Source: an uncultured delta proteobacterium (GTDB lineage: Bacteria; Myxococcota_A; Polyangia; Fen-1088). From it: a stretch of DNA of 64,000 nucleotides. Made by a program: the position numbers and the translations under genes. Shown piece by piece: positions 1-9,561 of the stretch. Location of the stretch: positions 1,952,001 through 2,016,000 of the forward strand of contig CAVYGB010000008.1 in assembly GCA_963767925.1 (NCBI GenBank), in the 5' to 3' direction. The first letter of the stretch is position 1, and each line of letters begins with the position of its first letter. The notes below the pieces were generated by a model that saw only the letters and a program-made list of their open reading frames with translations, did not search any database and was not told the origin of the DNA.

Positions 1-461
1 TCGGCGCCGATCACCAGATCGTAGCTCCGCCGCCCCGACCGCGCGAGCTGAACGCGCACCTGCGGGTCTTCCGGTTCCAGCGAGACGATGGACTCCCCGA
101 AGATCACCTCTGCCCTGGTCTCGATCGTCCGGTAGCAGGCGGCCGCCAGCTCCCCCCGAGCGATGCTGAGGTAACGTCCCCGGGTCAGCCGGGCGAACAC
201 CTCGGCCGAAAAGCCGCCCACCCGCCCGCCCGCGCGGTCGACCATCCGAACCTCGCGGACCTTGTACGCCCTGGCCTCCAGGTCGTGGAGCAGGCCCATC
301 CGCTCGGCGATATCGAAGCCGGCACCCCAGAAGTCGATGATGTAGCCGCCGGTACGCAGCGCTGGCGCCTGCTCGACCAGGGTCACCTCCATCCCGTTCC
401 GGATGAGCCAGTGGGCCAGCGTTGGGCCGGCCACGCCAGCACCGGAGATCAGAATCCTCAC
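1..461 (-). CDS. FAD-dependent oxidoreductase/monooxygenase (3' end outside window)
   Basis: Manual minus-strand translation from GTG at 461: VRILISGAGVAGPTLAHWL...EQAPALRTGGYIIDFWGAG, a Rossmann GxGxxG motif; the frame runs off the window. Confidence 0.85.
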   Translation of the reverse strand, partial: MRILISGAGVAGPTLAHWLIRNGMEVTLVEQAPALRTGGYIIDFWGAGFDIAERMGLLHDLEARAYKVREVRMVDRAGGRVGGFSAEVFARLTRGRYLSIARGELAAACYRTIETRAEVIFGESIVSLEPEDPQVRVQLARSGRRSYDLVIGA

Positions 462-708
462 GCCCCGAGCCTACGCGACCGCCAGCCCGGACGCTCAGCG
501 CAGAGTGATGGTCACGAACCCGGCTCCGCGTAACCCGATCTTGCAACTCGGCAAGGTGGGCGTTCGCCCCAGGCCGATAGGGCAATCGCCCGGATTGGGA
601 GCAGGCGTTCCGCTCGATAGGGTAAACGTATCGCCGGCTGCAGGGAGGGTCACCGCCGTGCCAGCCGTCGAATGGAGGCGGTAAATGAGGACGATTCTGG
701 TTGATGCG

Positions 709-1227
709 GATCACTTTCACGGTCGGCTCCAGTCCGTCGGTCAGCATCACGTTGCCGGGCTTGATGTCGCCGTGAACGATCCGTCGCCCGTGGGCGGCCT
801 CCAGCGCAGCCGCGATCTGCGCCACCATCCCTCCTGCGCGTTGCGGAGACATCAGCCCGCGCTCCGAGATGTGGCGAGCGAGGTCCAGACCCTCCACGTA
901 CTCCATGGCCAAGAAGGGACCTTGCGGCCCCCGGGTGTCAAAGTCGAGCAGGCGTACCACGTTCGCATGCTGGACCAGCCCGAGCATCCTCCCTCCCTCA
1001 CCGAAGCGAGCCAGTGCCGCAGGGTCTTCGCGCAGGCGGGAGGGCAAGACCTTCACCGCGAAGCGACCACGCCAGCGCGTGTGGCTCGCAATATAGACTT
1101 CTCCCATCCCACCGGCCGCAAGTTTCCCGAGGATTCGGTAGGAACTGCCCACCAAGGCGCCGCGATCGAGCTTGTCTGATTCGTCGGCTGGCACCGGCGA
1201 TCGTTCCCCGGGCACCTCAGCCTCCAA
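709..1227 (-). pseudogene. Truncated Hanks-type Ser/Thr protein kinase (breaks just before DFG)
   Basis: Manual translation gives YRILGKLAAGGMGEVY, AVKVL, HANVVRLLD, LAMEYVEG and HGDIKPGNVML, then VKVI followed by unrelated sequence instead of DFG. The start is approximate. Confidence 0.8.
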
Positions 1228-1606
1228 GACCGTGCCATCAGCTGGCCCGCTCGACTGGGCGGCTACTCCGGCTGCGAAACCCCGACTCGGACGTTCATGT
1301 GGACAGCGAGACCGGCCGCCCGAGCGTGGCCAGACGCCACCCGAGGCGCTATGCTACGCCACGAGCGCAGACCGACGGCTCAGGACGGCTCCTCGTCTGA
1401 CGAGCTCGTTGCTCCAGGCTCGCTGGATCACCGATCTGCGCATCGTCAACCCTGACGCCGACGAGTGAGCTACGCGTCGAGGCGCGTGTGGCACTCGCGT
1501 TGCAGTTGCACGCCTCAAGATGGCATCGAGGGCACTCGACGCTGCCGTGTTAGCTCGCACGTAGTTTCGTAGATCACCGCGAGGATCCTCCGGCACTGCG
1601 CCCCCG

Positions 1607-2431
1607 GTGAGCCGGGTGAGATGGGGGGCGAGACCGGGACGGTGTGGCGGGGAGGTATACGCCGAGATCGACAATGCCGACAAGACGTACCTGCTGTCGG
1701 GGGGAAAATGGTACGCCGTCTCGGCGAGCTTCGTGGCCGAGGTCAACGCGTCGGTGCAGGCCTTGGAGAACAAGACCGTTGAGCTCCCCAACTACGACGA
1801 CACCAACGAGGCGACCTACAACGCCCGCGCGGCGGCGCAGAACCCGAGCTACGCTCTCATGGACCGGAAGAACATCCCCTACGGCGCTGCCCGCAGCTCC
1901 ATCGAGCTGTGCGACCTGTTCAGCGACAGGAAACAGCTCATCCACGTCAAGCGCGGGGCTTCCAGCGACGTCCTGAGCCATCTCTTTTCCCAGGGCGCGG
2001 TCTCGGCCGAGGCGTTCGCCATGGCAGCGGACTTTCGCGACAAGTGCCGGACCCGCCTCCCGGCCTCTCACCGATCTCTGGTCCCAAAGGACCGGCCCTC
2101 GTACGACGCCTACGAGGTGGTTTTCGCGGTCATCACCGGCAGCCTCAAGGGCCTCGCCGAAGCCCTGCCCTTCTTCAGCCGGATCAACCTGCGCAATCGC
2201 GCGCAGACGTTGCGCGCGCTGGGATACCGGGTCTCGTTGACCAAGGTCCCGGTCCAGGCGTCAGCCGTGGTGTCGACGGCCCGCTCGCGCATCCGCGCCC
2301 GGCCGCCCTCGGCCACGGTGCCTACGCTGGCGGGCGCCCCGATGCATGCCCCGCCAGGCTCCCTGCCGCATCCTGCCGGGCTGAAAGGCCGACGCGCACC
2401 GGGCAAGAGGCGCCCTCCGGCTCCACGTTAG
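1607..2431 (+). pseudogene. DUF6119/TIGR04141 sporadically distributed protein, C-terminal part only
   Basis: Motifs YLLSGGKWY, EATYN, IELCDL, LIHVKR, LSHLFSQGAVSAE and LPFFSRINL; family resemblance begins ~1656 and the N-terminal half is absent. Confidence 0.7.
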
Positions 2432-2590
2432 GATCGTGGACCGATCCGGTCACTCGATGTGACCGTCAGGCCACGCCCGTTCCAGCACCGAGCCCGAACG
2501 GACCGATGCTTCGCACGTCGCCGCAGCCTGCCAGCCGAACAGAGTCACGGCACCGTCCTGCGCCTCACCACCGGCTCGGCTCCGGTCACC

Positions 2591-2890
2591 TCAGCCGAAC
2601 ATCTTGTCCAGCCGCTTCCGCTTGGGAGCGGCTGGACCCTTCGGGCTGTAGAGGTACGGATTGCTGCCAAGTCGGTCCCGCGTCTCCGTCTCGACCTCGC
2701 TCAGCGGCTGGCCGAGGCCGATGAACAGCTCAAGCTGGCTGACGATGTGGAACTTCAGCTTGCCGGCCGCGGTGGTGAGGGTGCAGACCCTCGACTCGAC
2801 CGTCTGACTGTCCGGGTCGCCACCGTAAAAGGCGATCTTGGCCTCTTCTCGGCTGTACCCCAGGCCGAACTTCTTCCTGACGGTCGCCAT
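2591..2890 (-). CDS. Hypothetical protein (~99 aa)
   Basis: ATG at 2890 (MATVRKKFGLGYS...), protein-like composition, downstream of the integrase on the same strand. Confidence 0.45.
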   Translation of the reverse strand: MATVRKKFGLGYSREEAKIAFYGGDPDSQTVESRVCTLTTAAGKLKFHIVSQLELFIGLGQPLSEVETETRDRLGSNPYLYSPKGPAAPKRKRLDKMFG

Positions 2891-3036
2891 CGCCGAACGT
2901 CGGTGCGCAGACGTAGATCGGTCGGGGGCCAGCGGGCCCCGGCTTGGGCGTCTGCGGTAGGCGGACAACCGACATGATCGGGTGGTGCTCATCATACGCC
3001 GCCCCGTCGACAGCACCAGCCCCCGAGACCATCCGG

Positions 3037-4299
3037 TCATTCGCGGCGGTCACCACCTCTGCCTCGTCGAGGACTACGGCGGCCGATCGGGGCAACGCCA
3101 CGAATCGCGTCCGAGAACGACCGCCGGATGAACCGGGCGTAGTGCTTCTTCGTCACGACCGGAGACGAGTGGTTGACCGCGGCCGAGACCTCGTCGAGCG
3201 GGATGCCGGCTTCGAGGTTGCGGCTGATGAAAGAGTGTCGGGTTGCCTCGTAGAAGGTCATCTCCGGCACGCCGCACCCCACGCGGGCCTTCTCCCAGCA
3301 GCTCTGCACGTATTCCTTGCGAATCCCGGCCCAGCCGGTGGTTCTCGGGCGGTCGCCCGGGTCGATGGGGACGAAGACCAGGTCCTCGCGCCGCGCCTTC
3401 TCGGCCCGGCGGCGCTCAAGAAAGGGCCCCAGGATCTTCGCCGTATCGGCGTGGGCGGGGACCATCTTGGACTTGCCCTGCCCGCGGCGATCCTCCTTGA
3501 GCGGGCCGATCCCCTCGTCGGTCGCGCTCCCGCGCACCACGATCAGGCCGTCATCGAGGTAGGCGAAGTCCTGCATCCGGAGCGCCCGCGTCTCCGATGG
3601 CCGGAGGCCGGAGCGGTTGCCCAGCCAGAAGATGTAGTTCACCGGCTCCGGGAGCACGGCGAACAGCTTCTCGAAGGTCTTCTCGTCCTGGATCCATGGC
3701 CCGTCCGTCTTCGGCGCGCCCTGCGGGCGCCGGCCCGGCGTCACCGAACGGCAAGGGTTGACCTCCGCGTGGCCGAGCTCGATCGCCCAGCTCCAGAACC
3801 GGGACAGCAGGTTGAAGACGTGCCTCTGTGACTGCCCGCCTCCGGCTGTCTTCTTGAGCAGCTCGAGCCACCGCATGACGCCGGCCACCTTTTGCCCCTC
3901 GGCCAGGGTGACGTCCGCCCACGCGGGGATCACCTGCACCTCCGCCCGACGCCGGTCGTTCTTCGCATTCCGGTTCGACAGGCCCGCCAACCAAACGGCC
4001 ATGAGCGGCCCCATCGTGGGAGCCGACGGCGCGGCCGGCTCCGGCACGCCGGCCGACGGCGCCCCTGCTACCGCCCCCGGCGCATCCTCCTCCATCCCCG
4101 GCTGCCCCGCCGCTACGCGCAGCTCGATCTCCGCCAGCCGCGCCCTACCCTCCGCCTTCGACCGCACCCCTCTCAGCAGCCGGGTCCGCCGGGTCCCATC
4201 GACGTCGTAGTAGTCCGCGTACACCTTGGGCAGGTCACGCGTACCCCGGATAACGATGCGGCCCACGGCTAGCTCCCGCTCCTGCACGGGTACCCGCAC
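3037..4299 (-). CDS. Tyrosine recombinase/phage integrase
   Basis: Catalytic box motifs SGLRPSE, EATRHSFIS and NHSSPVVTKKHY; the true start may be the GTG at ~4266. Confidence 0.9.
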   Translation of the reverse strand: MRVPVQERELAVGRIVIRGTRDLPKVYADYYDVDGTRRTRLLRGVRSKAEGRARLAEIELRVAAGQPGMEEDAPGAVAGAPSAGVPEPAAPSAPTMGPLMAVWLAGLSNRNAKNDRRRAEVQVIPAWADVTLAEGQKVAGVMRWLELLKKTAGGGQSQRHVFNLLSRFWSWAIELGHAEVNPCRSVTPGRRPQGAPKTDGPWIQDEKTFEKLFAVLPEPVNYIFWLGNRSGLRPSETRALRMQDFAYLDDGLIVVRGSATDEGIGPLKEDRRGQGKSKMVPAHADTAKILGPFLERRRAEKARREDLVFVPIDPGDRPRTTGWAGIRKEYVQSCWEKARVGCGVPEMTFYEATRHSFISRNLEAGIPLDEVSAAVNHSSPVVTKKHYARFIRRSFSDAIRGVAPIGRRSPRRGRGGDRRE

Positions 4300-4584
4300 T
4301 TTTGGAGTACCGGAGGAGTACAGGTCCTTCGGGGCGATCCGGCCTGGAGTTTCCGGATCGGTGGATTCTCGTCAGAGATCCACAGCTTGCGCTGCGCGCC
4401 CGGGCTGAGTCGAACAGCCAACCCCAGGCTTCGTAGGCCTGGGGCCAGCACTGGTCCGGTGTAGCGGGGGGAAACCAGAACCGCCGCTACTTCGGAACAC
4501 CCACAGAAATCTGCCCGACGGAACGGCCCTGCCGCCCGCCTTGGCCGAGCGGCGCTCAGTTGAGCTGGGCGCCCCCCGTGCGGG

Positions 4585-5187
4585 TCAGACCCGGCTGTCC
4601 CACGGCCCCTGTTCCCTCGGGGCTGGTCCCATTCGGTCTCCTTGAAGACGGCGGATGGTCGCTTGCAGTGCTACCTGGGTACGCGCACGCCATCGCCGGA
4701 TTCGGATGGTGGCCAGCGACGAGATTGGAACAAGGACTGCGGCACATAGAGATGTTGCCCGAAGGAGCTCCTGGAATCTCTCCCCGATCACCTCCCGCGG
4801 TAGGAGCGAGAGAACCGCTGGGAACACCGCGATGCTGACCTGGACTACGACTCTCGGCCGCTGCATTTCGAGTCCCTCCCGGGATGCCATCACGACGATC
4901 GCCGGCCAAAACAGGGAGGCGAGTATCAAACCGCCCAGCACGCCGCGAATCGGCCATGCAAACGGTGTCTGGTAGACGAGCGGTGGCCCGTCCCACCCTT
5001 TGTCCTCTGGATGATGTTCAGTCCCGAACACCGCCGACCCGAAGGACACTCTCTGCGTGCAGTGCGGGTTCGTCTCGAACGCCCCCAGGAATGCTGTGCC
5101 AGCCATCACGAGTAGCGCAATCGAAGCCCGACCAGGCGTGGGACTCGGTCGAAGATCGACTTCTACGGCCGCTGGATCTTCCTGCAT
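4585..5187 (-). CDS. Hypothetical membrane protein
   Basis: 200-aa ORF with 3-4 hydrophobic segments, divergent from the 5400-6746 gene. Confidence 0.4.
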   Translation of the reverse strand: MQEDPAAVEVDLRPSPTPGRASIALLVMAGTAFLGAFETNPHCTQRVSFGSAVFGTEHHPEDKGWDGPPLVYQTPFAWPIRGVLGGLILASLFWPAIVVMASREGLEMQRPRVVVQVSIAVFPAVLSLLPREVIGERFQELLRATSLCAAVLVPISSLATIRIRRWRARTQVALQATIRRLQGDRMGPAPREQGPWDSRV

Positions 5188-5399
5188 CTACGTCGTCACC
5201 ACCGAGTGCAAACGTTGGACCGATCCCTTCGACCAGCCCTGGCCGGCCTTCGCAGGTGCCCCGGCCGGGAATCCGGTCGCCGACCGGATAGCCAGCAGTC
5301 TTGATTCCGATCGTCCGTACCTCCAGGATGAGAATCATGCGGCGCCCCCAAAAACCTGGACCCAGACCACGTGTCAGCGAAGCCAGATGGTCCACGCGA

Positions 5400-6746
5400 A
5401 TGACCCGCATCGGGGCGACCGTTACATTGACCGCAGAGCTCACCGGAAACGACCCCCAGGGCTCCGACGAGGTCGACCTCGGGGTTGCCCGCTTCATCAT
5501 CCACGAGTACAGCGGGAAGCCGCCGCAGGAAGGAGGCGGCTTCGACGTGGAGGAGATAGACACGATCGATGTGACCGTCGAGCCCGGTAAGTCGTCGGTG
5601 AGCACGACCTGGACGGTCACCGCCGAGGAGGAGGTCGGTCAGTACCGCGAAGTCCCGGAGTACCGCTTCACGGTGGAATGGGCCGAGACGAAGGCCGTCT
5701 CGAAGCTGCTCAAGCTGGGTGAAGTCACGATGGTGCAGTGGTCGTCGATCGGCGCTGCCCAGCCAATTCCCCAGGGCTATGGCGACTGCGTGGCCCGGAT
5801 CGACGAAGGCAAGCCGATATCCGTCGAGGTCCTCGCCAGCGGGCTTCAGCGCTTCGTTTGCGACATCGAGGTTCACGAGGATCGCCCCGGCCCGCTCGGC
5901 GCACCTATTGCCACTATCAAGAGTGTGCCCTTTCGCTCTGGAGTCGCACGAGCGCGATGGTCCATGCCCGAGGAGCGCGCTACGGAGTTCTCCGGCGCTC
6001 GCCTGCAGCTGGTGGCCAGACTTCGCCACGGGGTCCACATCTATGCGCCGAGACGTGCTCGATCACGACTCGCCTGCTTCATCACCCCGCGGCGCGTGTA
6101 CTTTGCCCTCTACTATGTGGTTTCCGACAACGCCTTTCGACGGGCAGCGGACACGTGGGCACAGGCGGTGAAGTCCGCGCCGGCCTGGAACAACCGGTGC
6201 GACATGATCATAAAGCGCTTCCGCAAGGAGGATGATTTTCGCGCTGCCTGGGATCTGGTCCATCAGGGCATGGCCAACTCCGGTATGAGCACGAGCATCG
6301 CGGAAGGTCACGTGTTCTCGCACGCATCCCGATGGACGAATAACGACGGGCTCGAGTTCGAGGACGGCACTTTCGACAGAAACGATATTCGGACTGCGCC
6401 GGTACTTGCCTGGGCGAAGGGAGAAGGCTTGCTGGTTCTCCACGGCTGCAACTCGGGGCGTTCGCGTGGAGGCGGCTGGTCGCCAGCCGCCGAGTTCGCT
6501 ACCCGACAGGGCGTGCGGACGATCGGCCAGACTGGGACGTCCTACATGTCCGGCCGGGAGGATCGCTACGAGGCAATCACGCCGACGACCCCGCGGGTCT
6601 ACCTGTGGGCATATCGCCGGGGACGAAACGACCCGCTCGGCGACGGAAGCAAGATGACGGGCCTCGATTTCCCCGCGTCGCAAGCCCCGATGAAGAAGAA
6701 GCGGCGATCGCGCACGACTTCACGACCGGCCGTCGACCTCGTCTGA
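5400..6746 (+). CDS. Hypothetical protein, beta-rich N-terminus plus putative His-Cys peptidase-like (DUF4347/caspase-fold-like) C-terminal domain
   Basis: Long ORF (5301-6746; ATG at 5400 preferred) with motifs HVFSHAS...LLVLHGCNSG. Confidence 0.6.
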   Translation: MTRIGATVTLTAELTGNDPQGSDEVDLGVARFIIHEYSGKPPQEGGGFDVEEIDTIDVTVEPGKSSVSTTWTVTAEEEVGQYREVPEYRFTVEWAETKAVSKLLKLGEVTMVQWSSIGAAQPIPQGYGDCVARIDEGKPISVEVLASGLQRFVCDIEVHEDRPGPLGAPIATIKSVPFRSGVARARWSMPEERATEFSGARLQLVARLRHGVHIYAPRRARSRLACFITPRRVYFALYYVVSDNAFRRAADTWAQAVKSAPAWNNRCDMIIKRFRKEDDFRAAWDLVHQGMANSGMSTSIAEGHVFSHASRWTNNDGLEFEDGTFDRNDIRTAPVLAWAKGEGLLVLHGCNSGRSRGGGWSPAAEFATRQGVRTIGQTGTSYMSGREDRYEAITPTTPRVYLWAYRRGRNDPLGDGSKMTGLDFPASQAPMKKKRRSRTTSRPAVDLV

Positions 6747-7473
6747 CTTTGCGCTCGAGGGCGCCATTGCGACGACGGCTCCGCCGTTCTTTCTCACAAC
6801 TACAGGGCTTGACGCTGGCTGCGAATAGGCGCGGACGCGGTGGGGCTCCACGGCTCGCGCCGTGCCCCTCTTGTAGGGGCCTGGGCTCGAGGCGCGTGGC
6901 GCTGCGCCTTGTCGGGCGGGCCGGAGCGAGGGCACAGGACGCCGACCGATAGTGCTCGCCGGCAAGCGATCAGCGCAGAAACTCTTCCGGCCATCTCCCC
7001 CGATGTCGCCGCCAGCCTCGTCGAGATCGACCCTGCGACCGCCCAGCTCGACGAAGGTTGTGTACGAATGCTTGTCCGGTTCCAGGGAGCTCGATCGATC
7101 CGTTGGGCGTCCGGATGATTCCAGGGCGTGAGGTGGCTCTTGGCCGTGGTTCTGGCTGATCACGGATCGCACATAGGAACGAGGACTCGGCCGCGGCAAT
7201 TTTACGCTGCGGGGCAACGCACGTCGACCGTGCCGTGGCAGGCAGCGGCGTTCTGGACGTTGCGCTTGCGCGGGGGAGAAGCCAGGGCACCGGATCGGGA
7301 CGATGATGCTCGACGGCATCCATTCAACGCGGAAACTTTTCCCATGATCTCCCCGATCGCAGAGATGTCTTGGTTGCCCCATCAGACGCTTTTCCGGAAC
7401 GCTCGGCGCGGCTCGTGGGCGCGGGCAGGGCGTCCTCGGGGGCGCCGCGGCTGGCGCCTGTGGAGGACTGAAG

Positions 7474-7698
7474 ATGGCCCGCGCCTCATCCTCTCCAAGG
7501 CTCAGAGCCGCAGCCGCTACGAATCGCCCGCGTGCAGCCGGACACGCCTCGCCGCCACCCGCAAGCGATGATCAAAGGGATGCAGCGCTCACCCTTCACC
7601 TCCCAGAACCCACCGCGGAGGCGAAGGCCGAGACGGCCGGCGCGCTGGCCCGCATTCTGGCGCGACAGATCCTGCGGGAGCTGCGCGAAGCGCGCTGA
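7474..7698 (+). CDS. Small hypothetical protein upstream of serine recombinase
   Basis: GGAGG RBS just before the ATG at 7474; amphipathic C-terminal helix ALARILARQILRELREAR. Confidence 0.45.
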   Translation: MARASSSPRLRAAAATNRPRAAGHASPPPASDDQRDAALTLHLPEPTAEAKAETAGALARILARQILRELREAR

Positions 7699-7730
7699 TC
7701 CCGTGCAGCAGCTCTGGCAATCTGACGGCC

Positions 7731-9425
7731 ATGCCCTCGTCTGACGGTCACGGTCCTCGCAGCGCGGAACTCAAGCTCGTGCGGTCCCAACCGGCGCTGC
7801 GGATTCTCCTGCGGCGGTCCGAGAAGGAGGGCCAGGAGTTCAGCATCGACACCCAGCGCGCGGGCGCGCTTCGCTTCGCGGAGGGACTCCGCCGCCGCGA
7901 GCCGCCCGTCCTCTGGGACGGCGTCCACGACTACATCGACGACGGAATCGCCGGCGATGACTTCGCCGGACGGGTGGCGCTTCGCAAGTTGATGGCCGAC
8001 GTTGGCCCGGGCGACATCGTCGTCTGCCGGGACCACTTTCGCCTCGGCCGCGACGCGATCGACTCCGCGGTGACGGTCCGGGAGCTGGTCCGGGATCGCC
8101 GGGCGCGACTTTTCTATTACAGCTCCGGCCAGGAGGTTCCGTTCAGCAGCGCGATCGACGCGGCGATGACCTTCATCCAGGGCGTGGGCGCCCAGATGGA
8201 GCTCGAAGCGATCCGCTCCCGCACTCGGGAAGCTCTCCGCCAGCGGGTGCGGGCCGGTCGCATCGCCGGCGGTGCCTGTTTCGGTTACCGGAACGAACGC
8301 AGGTCGGACGCGAGCGGCCGCCAGTACACCGAGGCCGTCGTCGACGAGGCCGAGGCGGAGGTCGTCCGGTGGATCTTTCGCGTGTGCCTGGAGGGCTGGG
8401 GGCTCAAGCGCACGGCCGAGGACCTCAACCGCCGGGGCGTTCTCTCACCGGGTCGCGGTCGTCGCGGCACGCGTTCCTGGGACCCCAGCGCCATCCGGGA
8501 GATCCTCCGGCGCGTGCGGTACATCGGGATCTACGTTCATGGCCGCAAGGATCGGATCAAGCGAGGCGGCAAGCGGATCGCCCAGGAGGCCGACCCCGCC
8601 CACGTCATGCGGGTGCCCGTCCCCGCGTGGCGGATTGTCGACGATGCGACCTGGGAGGCGGTCCAGGCAGAGATTCCGAACCGGGGCCCCCGCACCTACC
8701 GGGTTGGGCGAGGCTCGAAGCACGCGCTCGCCGGGATCGCGAAGTGCGACCACTGCGGTGGGGGCATCAGCACGCGGAACACCAAGACCAGTCGCGGCCG
8801 GGTGACGGCCTACGCGTGCGGCTGGCACCACAAGCGCGGCCAGGCCGTCTGCCCCGTGACGATCTGCCAGCCCGCAGACGAGGTGGAGGGCGCCCTCGTC
8901 GAGTACATGTGCGCGACCGTGTTGACCGACGAGATCGTCGAGCGCATCGTGGCGGAGGTCGCCTCGGAGATCGAACGCGCCGTGGCGGCCCCGCTCGAAT
9001 CGACAGCCCTGGAGGCGGAGCTCGCCCAGCTTCGCTCCGAGCAGAAGAAGTACGCGGCCGCCCTGGCCGCCGCTCCCGATGTCAGCGAGTTCGTCACGGA
9101 GCTGCAGCGCCGCTCGGCCCGCATCCGTCAGATCGAGGCCGAGCTGGCCGTGGCCGGCCGCCTCCCACAGATGCGCCGAGACCTGCTCACACAGGCGCAG
9201 GCCTCCGCCCGCCAGAAGCTCGCCTCCCTACGCCAGGCTCTCGCCACCGACCGCGCCGGGACGCGGGAGGCGATCCAGGCCCTCTTCCCACCTGGTTCGC
9301 TCCGCTTCCGCCCGACCGTGGCCGACGGCCGCAAGGTCTGGGCGATCCACGGGACGGCGCACCTAGAAGCAGGTGTACCTTTGCGTGTGACCCCACCGGG
9401 AATCGAACCCGGGATTGCGCCGTGA
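7731..9425 (+). CDS. Large serine recombinase (resolvase catalytic domain, recombinase domain, Zn ribbon, coiled coil)
   Basis: LLRRS..SIDTQR catalytic Ser region, DHFRLGRD, GGACFGY, CDHC...YAC...C Zn ribbon; the C-terminus overlaps tRNA-Glu. Confidence 0.92.
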   Translation: MPSSDGHGPRSAELKLVRSQPALRILLRRSEKEGQEFSIDTQRAGALRFAEGLRRREPPVLWDGVHDYIDDGIAGDDFAGRVALRKLMADVGPGDIVVCRDHFRLGRDAIDSAVTVRELVRDRRARLFYYSSGQEVPFSSAIDAAMTFIQGVGAQMELEAIRSRTREALRQRVRAGRIAGGACFGYRNERRSDASGRQYTEAVVDEAEAEVVRWIFRVCLEGWGLKRTAEDLNRRGVLSPGRGRRGTRSWDPSAIREILRRVRYIGIYVHGRKDRIKRGGKRIAQEADPAHVMRVPVPAWRIVDDATWEAVQAEIPNRGPRTYRVGRGSKHALAGIAKCDHCGGGISTRNTKTSRGRVTAYACGWHHKRGQAVCPVTICQPADEVEGALVEYMCATVLTDEIVERIVAEVASEIERAVAAPLESTALEAELAQLRSEQKKYAAALAAAPDVSEFVTELQRRSARIRQIEAELAVAGRLPQMRRDLLTQAQASARQKLASLRQALATDRAGTREAIQALFPPGSLRFRPTVADGRKVWAIHGTAHLEAGVPLRVTPPGIEPGIAP

Positions 9426-9459
9426 GAGGGCGCCGTCCTAACCGCTAGACCATGGGGCC
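9388..9459 (-). tRNA. tRNA-Glu (anticodon CTC), CCA not encoded
   Basis: Reverse complement GGCCCCATGGTCTAGCGGTTAGGACGGCGCCCTCTCACGGCGCAATCCCGGGTTCGATTCCCGGTGGGGTCA folds as a cloverleaf. Confidence 0.95.
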
Positions 9460-9561
9460 AGTGTCCCTATTCAGTTTTGCTCTGCCTGTCTCGTCTGCTG
9501 TTTCCTCTGCGGCCCTCTTCTAGCCGTTCCTGGAGGTTTTTTCGAGCCACCGGGTGGCTCC

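Larger units (their letters stand above)
500..9387. mobile_element. Degraded genomic island integrated at the tRNA-Glu 3' end (left boundary uncertain, may extend beyond window)
   Basis: Two recombinases, truncated genes and orphan ORFs; abuts the tRNA 3' end. No matching att duplicate was found in the window. Confidence 0.7.

Noticed and set aside
511..525. CGAACCCGG match to the tRNA-Glu T-arm as a possible att duplicate
   Set aside because: Only 9 bp, which is expected by chance at this GC content.
6750..7470. Several overlapping ORFs between the peptidase-like gene and the recombinase
   Set aside because: No recognisable motifs or consistent frame, so no call can be supported.
9544..9560. 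Hairpin GAGCCAC-CGG-GTGGCTC between the two tRNAs as a terminator
   Set aside because: No U-tract follows it on the tRNA strand; at most a processing structure.
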